From Candidatus Limnocylindrales bacterium (GTDB lineage: Bacteria > Chloroflexota > Limnocylindria > Limnocylindrales > CSP1-4): a stretch of DNA of 64,000 bases. The notes beneath the pieces are model-generated. The model had not been told where the DNA came from and made no database searches. It saw nothing but the letters and a program-made list of their open reading frames with translations. The stretch is from positions 2,030 to 66,029 of the forward strand of contig JBMFSS010000017.1 in assembly GCA_049967415.1 (NCBI GenBank). The letters are read 5' to 3'. Each line of letters opens with the position of its first letter. The first letter of the stretch is position 1. The position numbers and the translations under genes were made by a program. Positions 26,691 to 34,767 of this stretch are shown one piece after another.

Positions 26691-27802
26691 TCGCCGGCAT
26701 GTCCTGGACCGGCCCTGGTCTCGCCCGTCTTCGCGTGCTGGATGCCACCGCCTGGGACCCGGGCCGCTGGGACGAGCTGGCCGCCCGCTCTCCCAGGGGA
26801 GAGGCCTTCCAGTCGCACGCCTGGATGCGCTCCAAGGAGGGCCTGGGGTGGCGCCCGCTGCGGGTGGTGATCCAGGTGGGCACCGAGCCGATCGCGGTGG
26901 CGTCCATCCAGGAGCGGCGGCTGGTATCGGGCCTGCCCGGACCCCTGGGGAAGATCACGTACCTCTACGCGCCACGAGGCCCCGTGCTGCTCCGCGACGG
27001 CGCGGCGGCCGCAGGGGCCGCGCTGCTCGGACTCCGGCGTGTGGCCCGTGCGCGGCAGGCCGCCGTACTCACCATCGACCCGGCCTGGGAGGCCGGCAGC
27101 CCCGAAGCCGTGGCGCTGCTCGGGTCGGGATACAGGCCGGCCGAGCGGGAGATCCAGGTCTCGCGGACGGCCATGCTGGTCCCGCTGGAGCCCTCCGAGA
27201 GCGCCCAGCACGGACTGCTCGGCGACAGCACGGCGCGGAACATCAACAAGGCACGTCGTGCCGGCGTGACCACCGAACGGGTGGATCTGGCCGACCCGGC
27301 CGGACGGGAGGCGGCGCTGGCCGCCTTCTGGGCCATGTTCGAGGCCACCGGCCGCAGGGAGGGGTTCATTGTCCGGGACCGCGACTATCAGCTGGCGCAG
27401 TGGCGAGCGCTGGGAGAAGCCGGGCTGGCGAGCCTCTGGTTCGCCTCGGCCAACGGTCGGCGCCAGAACGGGGTCCTGCTGCTCCACTGTGGGCGGCGGC
27501 TGGTCTCCCACCTGGCAGGCTCATCCGACGACGCGGATCTGCGCGGCACCCGCGCGAACCACCTGCTGCAGTGGGAGATCCTTCGCTGGGGCGCGCAGGA
27601 AGGCTTCGAGACGTACGACCTGGGCGGCGTGGACACGCGGGATGCCCCCGGCATCCCGACCGGCGCGAGCCATCCGCTCTGGAACCTCTACGAGTTCAAG
27701 CGCGGGTTTGGCGCACGCGCCGCGGTGTTTGTCCCGGCCCATGAGCATGCCCCGCGGGCCCTGCTCGGCGCCGCCTGGCGGGTCGCGCGACGGATGCGCT
27801 GA
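26687..27802 (+). CDS. FemABX-family peptidyltransferase, paralogue 3
   Basis: FQSHAWMRSKEGLGWRPLRV, then YDLGGVD...LYEFKRGFGARAAVF. ATGA overlap with paralogue 2; the track start at 26321 is an over-extension. Confidence 0.8.
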   Translation: MIAGMSWTGPGLARLRVLDATAWDPGRWDELAARSPRGEAFQSHAWMRSKEGLGWRPLRVVIQVGTEPIAVASIQERRLVSGLPGPLGKITYLYAPRGPVLLRDGAAAAGAALLGLRRVARARQAAVLTIDPAWEAGSPEAVALLGSGYRPAEREIQVSRTAMLVPLEPSESAQHGLLGDSTARNINKARRAGVTTERVDLADPAGREAALAAFWAMFEATGRREGFIVRDRDYQLAQWRALGEAGLASLWFASANGRRQNGVLLLHCGRRLVSHLAGSSDDADLRGTRANHLLQWEILRWGAQEGFETYDLGGVDTRDAPGIPTGASHPLWNLYEFKRGFGARAAVFVPAHEHAPRALLGAAWRVARRMR

Positions 27803-27872
27803 ACCGTTGCCGGCACCTGGCAGCGGACCGTGGCTGCCGGGGCCACGCGGGGGCGGCGCGCCGGCGGGGCGC

Positions 27873-27878
27873 TATGAT
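27873..27878 (+). promoter_or_regulatory. -10 box (TATGAT) 5 nt before the relA/spoT ATG; leaderless-type promoter
   Basis: TATGATggggtATG. Confidence 0.45.
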
Positions 27879-27883
27879 GGGGT

Positions 27884-30121
27884 ATGTCCATCGAGCCTGC
27901 ACGCGCGCCAGCCCGTTCCGTCCGCCCGGGTGGCAGGCGCAAGGCCGAGCCCGGGCGCCCCGCGGAGACTCCGGACGAGATCGACGCTTTCGCGCGCCGC
28001 GTGATCGATGAGGTCCGGAGTCACTACCCGCTGGCGGACGTCTCCGGGGTGGAACGCGCCTATCGGTTCGCCAGCGAGGCGCATGCCGGGCAGCGACGCG
28101 CCAGCGGCGAGCCCTACATCACGCATCCACTGGCCGCGGCGCTGTTGCTGGCCGAGCTGGGCCTTGACCCGGTCGCGGTCCAGGCTGCGCTGCTCCACGA
28201 TGTCCCGGAGGACACGGAGTATTCCCTGGGTGACGTGGAAGAGCGCTTCGGACCCGAGGTGGCGCGCCTGGTGGACGGGGTCACCAAACTCTCCAAGTTC
28301 AGTGCGCACAGCCACGAGGAGCGCCAGGCGGAGAACATCCGAAAGATGTTTTTGGCCATGGCGGAGGACGTCCGGGTCGTCCTGATCAAGCTGGCCGATC
28401 GGCTCCACAACATGCGGACCATCGCCGGGCTCCCGCCCGAGAAACAGCAGCGGATCGCCCGGCAGACGCTCGAGATCTACGCGCCGCTCGCGGAGCGGCT
28501 GGGGATCTGGCAGATGAAGTGGGAGCTCGAGGATCTCTCCTTCAAGGTACTGGACCCGGTCGCGTTCCGGGCGCTCGCCCAGCAACTCGAGACGCGCCGG
28601 GCCGCCCGCGAGTCGTACGTCGAGCGCGCCATGGCCGAGCTGCAGGGGGCGCTCGAGGCGAGCGGGATCCTGGCTGAGCTGTCGGGGCGCCCCAAGCACC
28701 TCTACAGCATCCATCGCAAGATGGAGCGCAAGTCGGCCAACTTCGACGAGGTCTACGACGTCTACGCCATCCGCGTGCTGGTGGACGAGGTCAAGGACTG
28801 CTACGCGGCCCTGGGCGTGGTGCACTCCCTCTGGCGCCCCATCCCCGGGCAGTTTGACGACTACATCGCGATGCCCAAGGCCAACGGCTACCAGAGCCTG
28901 CACACCGCCGTCATGGCCCTCGAGGGGCATCCGCTGGAGGTCCAGATCCGGACCCACCAGATGCATCGGATTGCCGAAGTCGGGATCGCCGCCCACTGGC
29001 GGTACAAGGAAGGGTCCCGCTCGGACCGCGACTACGATGCGAAGCTCGCCTGGATCCGGCAGCTCATGGAGTGGCAGCGTGAGGTCTCCGACGCGACGGA
29101 GTTCGTGGAGGGGCTGAAGCTCGACGTCTTCCAGGACCAGGTCTTCGTCTTCACGCCCAAGGGCGAGGTCAAGGACCTGCCGGCGGGCTCGACGCCGCTC
29201 GACTTCGCGTACCGGATCCACACGGACATCGGGCACCGCTGCATCGGAGCCAAGGTCAACAACCGGCTGGTGCCGCTCGACTACAGGCTGCGCAACGGGG
29301 ACATCGTGGAGATCGTGACCACGCGGGCGGCGCACGGCCCGTCGCGGGACTGGCTGTCGATCGTCCGCACCACGCATGCGCGCGAGAAGATCCGGCAATG
29401 GTTCAAGCGCCAGGAACGCGAGGAGAACATCCTGCACGGCCGCGAGGCGCTGGACCGCGAGCTGCGTCGGCTGGGGCGCACCTCGCTGGAACGGGTCGGC
29501 GCGGACCGGGTCGCCGAGATGGCCGACCTCTACAAGTTCCCCACCGTGGATGACTTCCTGGCCGCCATCGGGTACGGCGCGGTAAGCGCACAGCAGGTTG
29601 TCATCCGCATGGGCGTGGTGGACGACTCGAACGAGACCGTTCTGCCGCAAGTCGCGCCCACCCTGACCACGGCGCAGGCCGGCGGGGTGCGGGTCAAGGG
29701 CGTGGGCGACCTGCTGGTGCGGTTTGCGGCATGTTGCCATCCGATCCCCGGCGATCCCATCATCGGGTTCATCACCCGCGGCAAGGGCGTGACGGTCCAT
29801 CTTCGCGACTGCGTGACCATCCAGCACGAGCGAGACGTGGAGCGGCTCATCGAGGTGGAGTGGGAGGGCGTGGCCGAGCGGACCTATCCGATCGCCATCC
29901 GGCTGGACGCCTACGACCGGACCGGGCTCCTTTCCGACATCACCAACGTGGTGGCCGAGCAGAAGGTGAACATCGTGGCGGCCCACATGGAGACGCACGA
30001 GGATCGGACCAGCACCGTGACCGCCACGCTGCAGGTCGCCTCGGTCGGGCAGCTCGCCCGCATCATGTCCCGGCTCGAGCAGGTGAAGGACGTCTTCTCG
30101 GTGCAGCGCGCGCTGAGCTGA
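27884..30121 (+). CDS. rel: Bifunctional (p)ppGpp synthetase/hydrolase, RelA/SpoT (Rel) family
   Basis: HD domain HAGQRRASGEPYITHPL. Synthetase region RPKHLYSIHRKM and DVYAIRVLV. TGS and C-terminal ACT regions are present; 745 aa. Confidence 0.95.
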   Translation: MSIEPARAPARSVRPGGRRKAEPGRPAETPDEIDAFARRVIDEVRSHYPLADVSGVERAYRFASEAHAGQRRASGEPYITHPLAAALLLAELGLDPVAVQAALLHDVPEDTEYSLGDVEERFGPEVARLVDGVTKLSKFSAHSHEERQAENIRKMFLAMAEDVRVVLIKLADRLHNMRTIAGLPPEKQQRIARQTLEIYAPLAERLGIWQMKWELEDLSFKVLDPVAFRALAQQLETRRAARESYVERAMAELQGALEASGILAELSGRPKHLYSIHRKMERKSANFDEVYDVYAIRVLVDEVKDCYAALGVVHSLWRPIPGQFDDYIAMPKANGYQSLHTAVMALEGHPLEVQIRTHQMHRIAEVGIAAHWRYKEGSRSDRDYDAKLAWIRQLMEWQREVSDATEFVEGLKLDVFQDQVFVFTPKGEVKDLPAGSTPLDFAYRIHTDIGHRCIGAKVNNRLVPLDYRLRNGDIVEIVTTRAAHGPSRDWLSIVRTTHAREKIRQWFKRQEREENILHGREALDRELRRLGRTSLERVGADRVAEMADLYKFPTVDDFLAAIGYGAVSAQQVVIRMGVVDDSNETVLPQVAPTLTTAQAGGVRVKGVGDLLVRFAACCHPIPGDPIIGFITRGKGVTVHLRDCVTIQHERDVERLIEVEWEGVAERTYPIAIRLDAYDRTGLLSDITNVVAEQKVNIVAAHMETHEDRTSTVTATLQVASVGQLARIMSRLEQVKDVFSVQRALS

Positions 30122-30124
30122 CGG

Positions 30125-30165
30125 GGCGCGCGTGTCCGCCCTCGGGGCGGAGCCGCACGCGCGCC
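30125..30165. terminator. Imperfect GC-rich hairpin between the convergent rel and HExxH genes; possibly a bidirectional terminator
   Basis: GGCGCGCGTGTCCGCC-ctcg-GGGCGGA(gccg)CACGCGCGCC. No U-tract. Confidence 0.3.
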
Positions 30166-30198
30166 ATGGGAACGTGGCCGGCCGGGGCCCTGGCGCAA

Positions 30199-30675
30199 TC
30201 AGCCCGGGCCAGCCCGCCGCGCCGCTTCCGCGGCTTCACGCGCTTCGCGCTCGAGGGCGTTGTCGCAGTACCAGTCGCCCCCGTGACGGGCGGCCGTCCA
30301 CGAGGCGGCGGCATAACGGACGACGAACCTGGGTGTCCCCAGCTGCTGCCACTGGCGGACGTGCGCGAGTTCGTGGGCGAGCTCGGGGGGATCCAGCGGG
30401 CGCCAGCTGAGGATGGTTCGCCGGAGCGTGATTGCCAGCCAGCCGCGCACCAGCAGTCGCTCCCCGATTGGGCGCAGCGCGGGACGTACAAGGACGCGCA
30501 CGTGCACCGGTGCGGGTGCGGCCGTGCGGTCGGGGACGGGCGTCGCGCCTGGTTTGACGGGCGTCGCGCCTAGTGGCCAGATGCGCGTGCGCATGCCGCC
30601 GATTATCGTCCCCGCGCAGGACCGCACGGGCCCAGGCACGCCGCGCGCGCCGGGCGTGCGCCGCGCTTCGGTCAT
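30199..30675 (-). CDS. Small HExxH zinc-metallopeptidase-like protein (DUF4157-like motif)
   Basis: AITLRRTILSWRPLDPPELAHELAHVRQWQQLG. High GC3 in this minus-strand frame. The start is uncertain (30675, or the internal ATG at 30594). Confidence 0.55.
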   Translation of the reverse strand: MTEARRTPGARGVPGPVRSCAGTIIGGMRTRIWPLGATPVKPGATPVPDRTAAPAPVHVRVLVRPALRPIGERLLVRGWLAITLRRTILSWRPLDPPELAHELAHVRQWQQLGTPRFVVRYAAASWTAARHGGDWYCDNALEREAREAAEAARRAGPG

Positions 30676-30725
30676 CCATCGCCCCCAGACATGGACGCGG
30701 CCAGCGCCGCCGGGCAGCGAGCGGA

Positions 30726-30731
30726 TAGACT
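30726..30731 (+). promoter_or_regulatory. -10 box (TAGACT) 6 nt before the hisS ATG; leaderless-type promoter
   Basis: TAGACTgcggccATG. Confidence 0.45.
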
Positions 30732-30737
30732 GCGGCC

Positions 30738-32024
30738 ATGAGCGCCTATCGCGCCCCGCGGGGGACCCGGGACCTGCTGCCAGCCGATCGGCCCGCCTGG
30801 GAGCGGCTCACCGCTCTCGCCGCCGAGCTCGCGCGCAGGTACGGCTACGCGGGAATCGAGACGCCCCTCTTCGAGCAGACGGGGGTCTTCGAGCGGGGGG
30901 TGGGCGAGTCCACCGACATCGTCGAAAAGGAGCTCTTCCGGATCCAGCCGCGGACCGAGGACGCCGAGGCCTGGGCGTTGCGCCCGGAGGGGACCGCCGG
31001 GATCGTCCGGGCGTACGTGCAGCACGGGATGCACACGCTGCCCCAGCCGGTCCGCGTCCAGTACGTGGGCCCCATGTTCCGCTATGACCGTCCGCAGGCA
31101 GGCCGCTATCGCCAGTTCTGGCAGTGGGACGTTGAGGCGATCGGCGATCCGGGACCGGCCGTGGATGCCGAGATCGTGGAGCTGGGGTATCGCTTCTATG
31201 TCGAGGCGGGCCTTTCCAACGTGAAGGTGCTGCTCAACTCGATTGGGGACCCGGTCTGCCGGCCCGCCTACCTGCGCGAGCTCAGCGCGTACTTCGAAGG
31301 CCACCGGGCCGAGCTGCCCGACCTGGAGCTGTCCCGTCTGCGAACCAACCCGCTGCGGCTCCTCGATTCGAAGGACCCCGACATGGCTGCGCTGATCGCG
31401 GCTGCGCCGCGCATCGTTGACCGGCTCTGCGGGGCGTGCCGCTCGCATTTCGAGGCCGTGCGCGCCCACCTCGAGGCCCTGCAGGTCCCGGTTCGCCTGG
31501 AGCCCTCGTTGGTGCGCGGGCTCGACTACTACACGCGGACCGCGTTCGAGTTCTACCGCGAGGGAGCCGAGGGGCAGCAGCAGGCACTCGGTGGCGGTGG
31601 CCGGTATGACGGGCTGGTGGAGATCCTGGGCGGCCGGCCGACCCCCGGGATCGGGTTCGCGCTGGGCATCGATCGGGTGGTCCTGGCACTGGCCGAGGAA
31701 GGCGTCGCGGGGCCCGCGCCGGCCGGCCCCGCGGTGTTCGTGACCAGCGCCGACCCCGCCGACACGGTGGGCCGCCTGCGGCTCGCCAGTGAGCTCCGGC
31801 AGGCGGGCCTTTCGGCGCGTGCCGACCTGGGCCACCGGCGGCTGGGGCGCCAGCTTGAACAGGCATCCCGGGAGGGGGCGCACTTCGCCGTGATCCTGGG
31901 TGACGAGATCCGGCAGGGGCTGGTGCAGTTGCGGGACCTGCGCTCCGCGTCCCAGCACCCGGTGCCGCTCACGGACCTCGCGCACGAGGTTGAGCGAGGC
32001 GAGCGGATGCACCACCACGGGTGA
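30738..32024 (+). CDS. hisS: Histidine--tRNA ligase
   Basis: Motifs RGTRDLLP, FRYDRPQAGRYRQFWQ and GGGRYDGL, with a C-terminal anticodon-binding domain. Confidence 0.95.
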   Translation: MSAYRAPRGTRDLLPADRPAWERLTALAAELARRYGYAGIETPLFEQTGVFERGVGESTDIVEKELFRIQPRTEDAEAWALRPEGTAGIVRAYVQHGMHTLPQPVRVQYVGPMFRYDRPQAGRYRQFWQWDVEAIGDPGPAVDAEIVELGYRFYVEAGLSNVKVLLNSIGDPVCRPAYLRELSAYFEGHRAELPDLELSRLRTNPLRLLDSKDPDMAALIAAAPRIVDRLCGACRSHFEAVRAHLEALQVPVRLEPSLVRGLDYYTRTAFEFYREGAEGQQQALGGGGRYDGLVEILGGRPTPGIGFALGIDRVVLALAEEGVAGPAPAGPAVFVTSADPADTVGRLRLASELRQAGLSARADLGHRRLGRQLEQASREGAHFAVILGDEIRQGLVQLRDLRSASQHPVPLTDLAHEVERGERMHHHG

Positions 32025-32166
32025 CGCTGCCCGGGGCGGGTGACGGTGCCGGGGGGTGTCCGTCCGCCCGCGTCATGGACACGGGACCAGCCACCTGCCT
32101 GGCACGTGCCGGGCCCGCCTGACCGGAGCGCCCCGGCGGCCGCGCATCCCGTAGCATGTGCGCACC

Positions 32167-34044
32167 ATGACCGACCCTTCCGTGCCCCCGCACGCCCTCG
32201 AAGACCTCGCCACCCCGTACCGCACCCACACCTGCGGCGCACTTCGGGCGCCTGACGCCGGCCGCCCCGCCCAGCTGGCCGGCTGGGTGCATCGGCGCCG
32301 CGATCACGGTCACCTCGTCTTCCTGGACCTGCGGGATCGACATGGGATCACCCAGGTGGTGGTGGACGCCCGCCAGGCGCCGGAGGCACACGCGATCGCC
32401 TCCCGGGTCCGGGTCGAGTTCGTCGTCTCCGCCGCGGGCCTGGTCGCGCGTCGCCTGGCCGGGACCGAGAACGCCAGGCTGGCCACCGGCCAGGTGGAGC
32501 TGCGGGCCGACAGGCTCGAGATCCTCTCCGAGGCGAAGACCCCGCCTTTCTACATCAATGAGCCGGACGCGCCCGTGGAGGAATCCGTGCGGCTGCGCTA
32601 CCGGTACCTGGACATCCGCCGCGAGCCTCTGCGCGACCGTCTCCTGCTGCGCGGGAACCTGGTGCGGGCCATCCGCGATGCGCACCACCGGGCGGGCTTC
32701 GTCGAGATCGAGACCCCCATCCTGATCAAGTCCACCCCGGAGGGCGCGCGGGACTTCATCGTCCCCAGCCGGCTGCAGCCGGGCACGGTCTATGCGCTCC
32801 CGCAGAGCCCGCAGCAGCTCAAGCAGCTCCTCATGGTGGCCGGCATGGACCGCTATTTCCAGATTGCGCGCTGCTTCCGGGATGAGGACCTGCGCGGCGA
32901 CCGGCAGCCGGAGTTCACCCAGCTCGACCTGGAGATGAGCTTCGTGAGCGAGGAGACCGTGATGGACTTCGTGGAGGCGATGGCGATCGAGGTCAGTCGA
33001 ACGGTGATCCCGGAACGGCCGATCCAGGACGTGCCGTTCCCGCGTTTCACCTACGAGGAGGCGATGGAGCGGTTCGGCTCCGACAAGCCAGACCTGCGCT
33101 TCGGGATGGAACTGGTGGACCTGGCGCCCGCCCTGCAGGGCGGCAGCGGCGGGACCGGGTTCCGGGTCTTCGACGAGATCCTCGCGGGTGGGGGACGCGT
33201 GAAAGGGATCGTGGCGCCAGGCATGGCCAGGGCGAGCCGGAGCGAGATCGACGAATTGACGGCGTTTGCGCGCCGGTATGGGGCGCACGGACTGGTCCAC
33301 GTGTCGGTGGACAGCGCCGGGGCGGTCCACTCGCCGGTGAGCAAGCACCTGGGCGAGCAACGGCTTGGGGCGATGGTCGAGGCGGCGGGGGCACGCCCGG
33401 GGGACCTGCTGCTGGTGGTCGCGGATGCACCGGCGGTGACCGCCGATGTCCTCGGGAGGCTCCGCCGGGAGCTGGGGGAACGGCTCGGTCTCGCCGACCC
33501 GAATGTGCTGGCGTACTGCTGGGTCCACCGCTTCCCGATGTACCAGTGGGATGCCGATAATGGGCGCTGGGACGCCACGCACAACCCGTTCTCCGGCGTG
33601 GTACCCGAAGACGAGCCGCTGCTGGCAACCGCCTCGGGTGACCCTTACTGGCCATCCCCACAGGACCCTGCCGGTCGTGCGCGGGCCATGCAGTACGACA
33701 TCGCGCTCAATGGCTGGGAGCTGGGCGGGGGATCGGTCCGGATCCACCGCCGGGGACTCCTGGAGCGGAGCTTCGCGCTGCAGGGATACTCGCAGGAGCG
33801 GATGCGGGACCTCTTCGGGGGGATCCTGGAGGCGCTGGAGTACGGGGCGCCGCCCCATGGCGGGATCGCGCTGGGCATCGACCGCTGGGCCGCTCTCTTC
33901 GCCGATCAGACCAATATCCGGGAGGTCATGGCGTTTCCCAAGACCTCGTCCGGGGCGGACCTGATGCTGGACGCGCCATCCGCGCCGGATCCCGCGCAGT
34001 ATGCCGAGCTCGGGCTCCGGTACGTGGGCACGCCACCGGCCTGA
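32167..34044 (+). CDS. aspS: Aspartate--tRNA ligase
   Basis: Motifs GWVHRRRDHGHLVFLDLRD, FRDEDLRGDRQPEFTQLD, GGGSVRIH and PPHGGIALGIDR. Start is ATG 32167 (GTG 32158 is also possible); TAGCAT is at 32152-32157. Confidence 0.95.
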   Translation: MTDPSVPPHALEDLATPYRTHTCGALRAPDAGRPAQLAGWVHRRRDHGHLVFLDLRDRHGITQVVVDARQAPEAHAIASRVRVEFVVSAAGLVARRLAGTENARLATGQVELRADRLEILSEAKTPPFYINEPDAPVEESVRLRYRYLDIRREPLRDRLLLRGNLVRAIRDAHHRAGFVEIETPILIKSTPEGARDFIVPSRLQPGTVYALPQSPQQLKQLLMVAGMDRYFQIARCFRDEDLRGDRQPEFTQLDLEMSFVSEETVMDFVEAMAIEVSRTVIPERPIQDVPFPRFTYEEAMERFGSDKPDLRFGMELVDLAPALQGGSGGTGFRVFDEILAGGGRVKGIVAPGMARASRSEIDELTAFARRYGAHGLVHVSVDSAGAVHSPVSKHLGEQRLGAMVEAAGARPGDLLLVVADAPAVTADVLGRLRRELGERLGLADPNVLAYCWVHRFPMYQWDADNGRWDATHNPFSGVVPEDEPLLATASGDPYWPSPQDPAGRARAMQYDIALNGWELGGGSVRIHRRGLLERSFALQGYSQERMRDLFGGILEALEYGAPPHGGIALGIDRWAALFADQTNIREVMAFPKTSSGADLMLDAPSAPDPAQYAELGLRYVGTPPA

Positions 34045-34068
34045 GGACTGGGCCGGCCGCGGTGGCGC

Positions 34069-34722
34069 TCATTCCGCGGGCGGCGCTTGCGCCACGTCCG
34101 AACCCCAGTCCGGCGGGTGACCAGTGACGGGCTGCTCGGGACCCGCGTACGCCGGGAGCCTCGCGCGCGGTGTGCTGACGTCGTGGGTTGCCCCCGGGTC
34201 GCCCAGGTCGAGTAGCCGCAGCGGTGCGCCGGCCTCCTCCATGCCGGCGAGCAGGCGGTCCGGCGACAGGTCTGGCGCGAGGGCGCGCAGCATGCCGACC
34301 AGGGCCAGCGGCACCAGGGCAGGCCAGCCCGGCTGGCCCGCCCAGCTCGGGCGGAGCACCGCTGCCGGGGCGCCAGCATGCGCCTCGATCAGGGCGGTGG
34401 CGGTCCCCGCATCGATCCATGCCATACGCACCGGCCACAGCAGGGCGGCCGTGGTCTCGGCGACCGACGCGGCCGCGGCCTCGATCCCGAGCAGGATCAG
34501 CTCGGACGCTCCCGCCCCCGCGAGCGCCAGCGCCACGAGATCCACGGACGATCCCGAGAGCGCGTCGGCGACCGCCCCATCCGGATCCGGTGCCACCACC
34601 GCGATCGGTATGGCGCCGCCCGACCACGCGGCATCAGCCACGTGCCGCACGCACGCGACGCCGTCGAGCAGCGCAGTGGCGTCCTCGGTGCGGGTGGAGA
34701 AGATCACGGCGGCGACCGTCAC
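34069..34722 (-). CDS. MobA/MocA-like NTP-transferase family protein with a degenerate N-terminal nucleotide-binding signature
   Basis: This is the C-terminal 218 codons of the 1359-aa antisense ORF. GTG start at 34722, reading VTVAAVIFSTRTEDATALLDG. The C-terminal half matches the family pattern: WPVRMAWIDAGTATALIEA...LRPSWAGQPGWPALVP...LLDLGDPGATHDVSTP. Confidence 0.5.
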   Translation of the reverse strand: MTVAAVIFSTRTEDATALLDGVACVRHVADAAWSGGAIPIAVVAPDPDGAVADALSGSSVDLVALALAGAGASELILLGIEAAAASVAETTAALLWPVRMAWIDAGTATALIEAHAGAPAAVLRPSWAGQPGWPALVPLALVGMLRALAPDLSPDRLLAGMEEAGAPLRLLDLGDPGATHDVSTPRARLPAYAGPEQPVTGHPPDWGSDVAQAPPAE

Positions 34723-34767
34723 GCTTGCGATGGTAGCAGCGCCGCATGTGCGACAATGCGACCGCCC

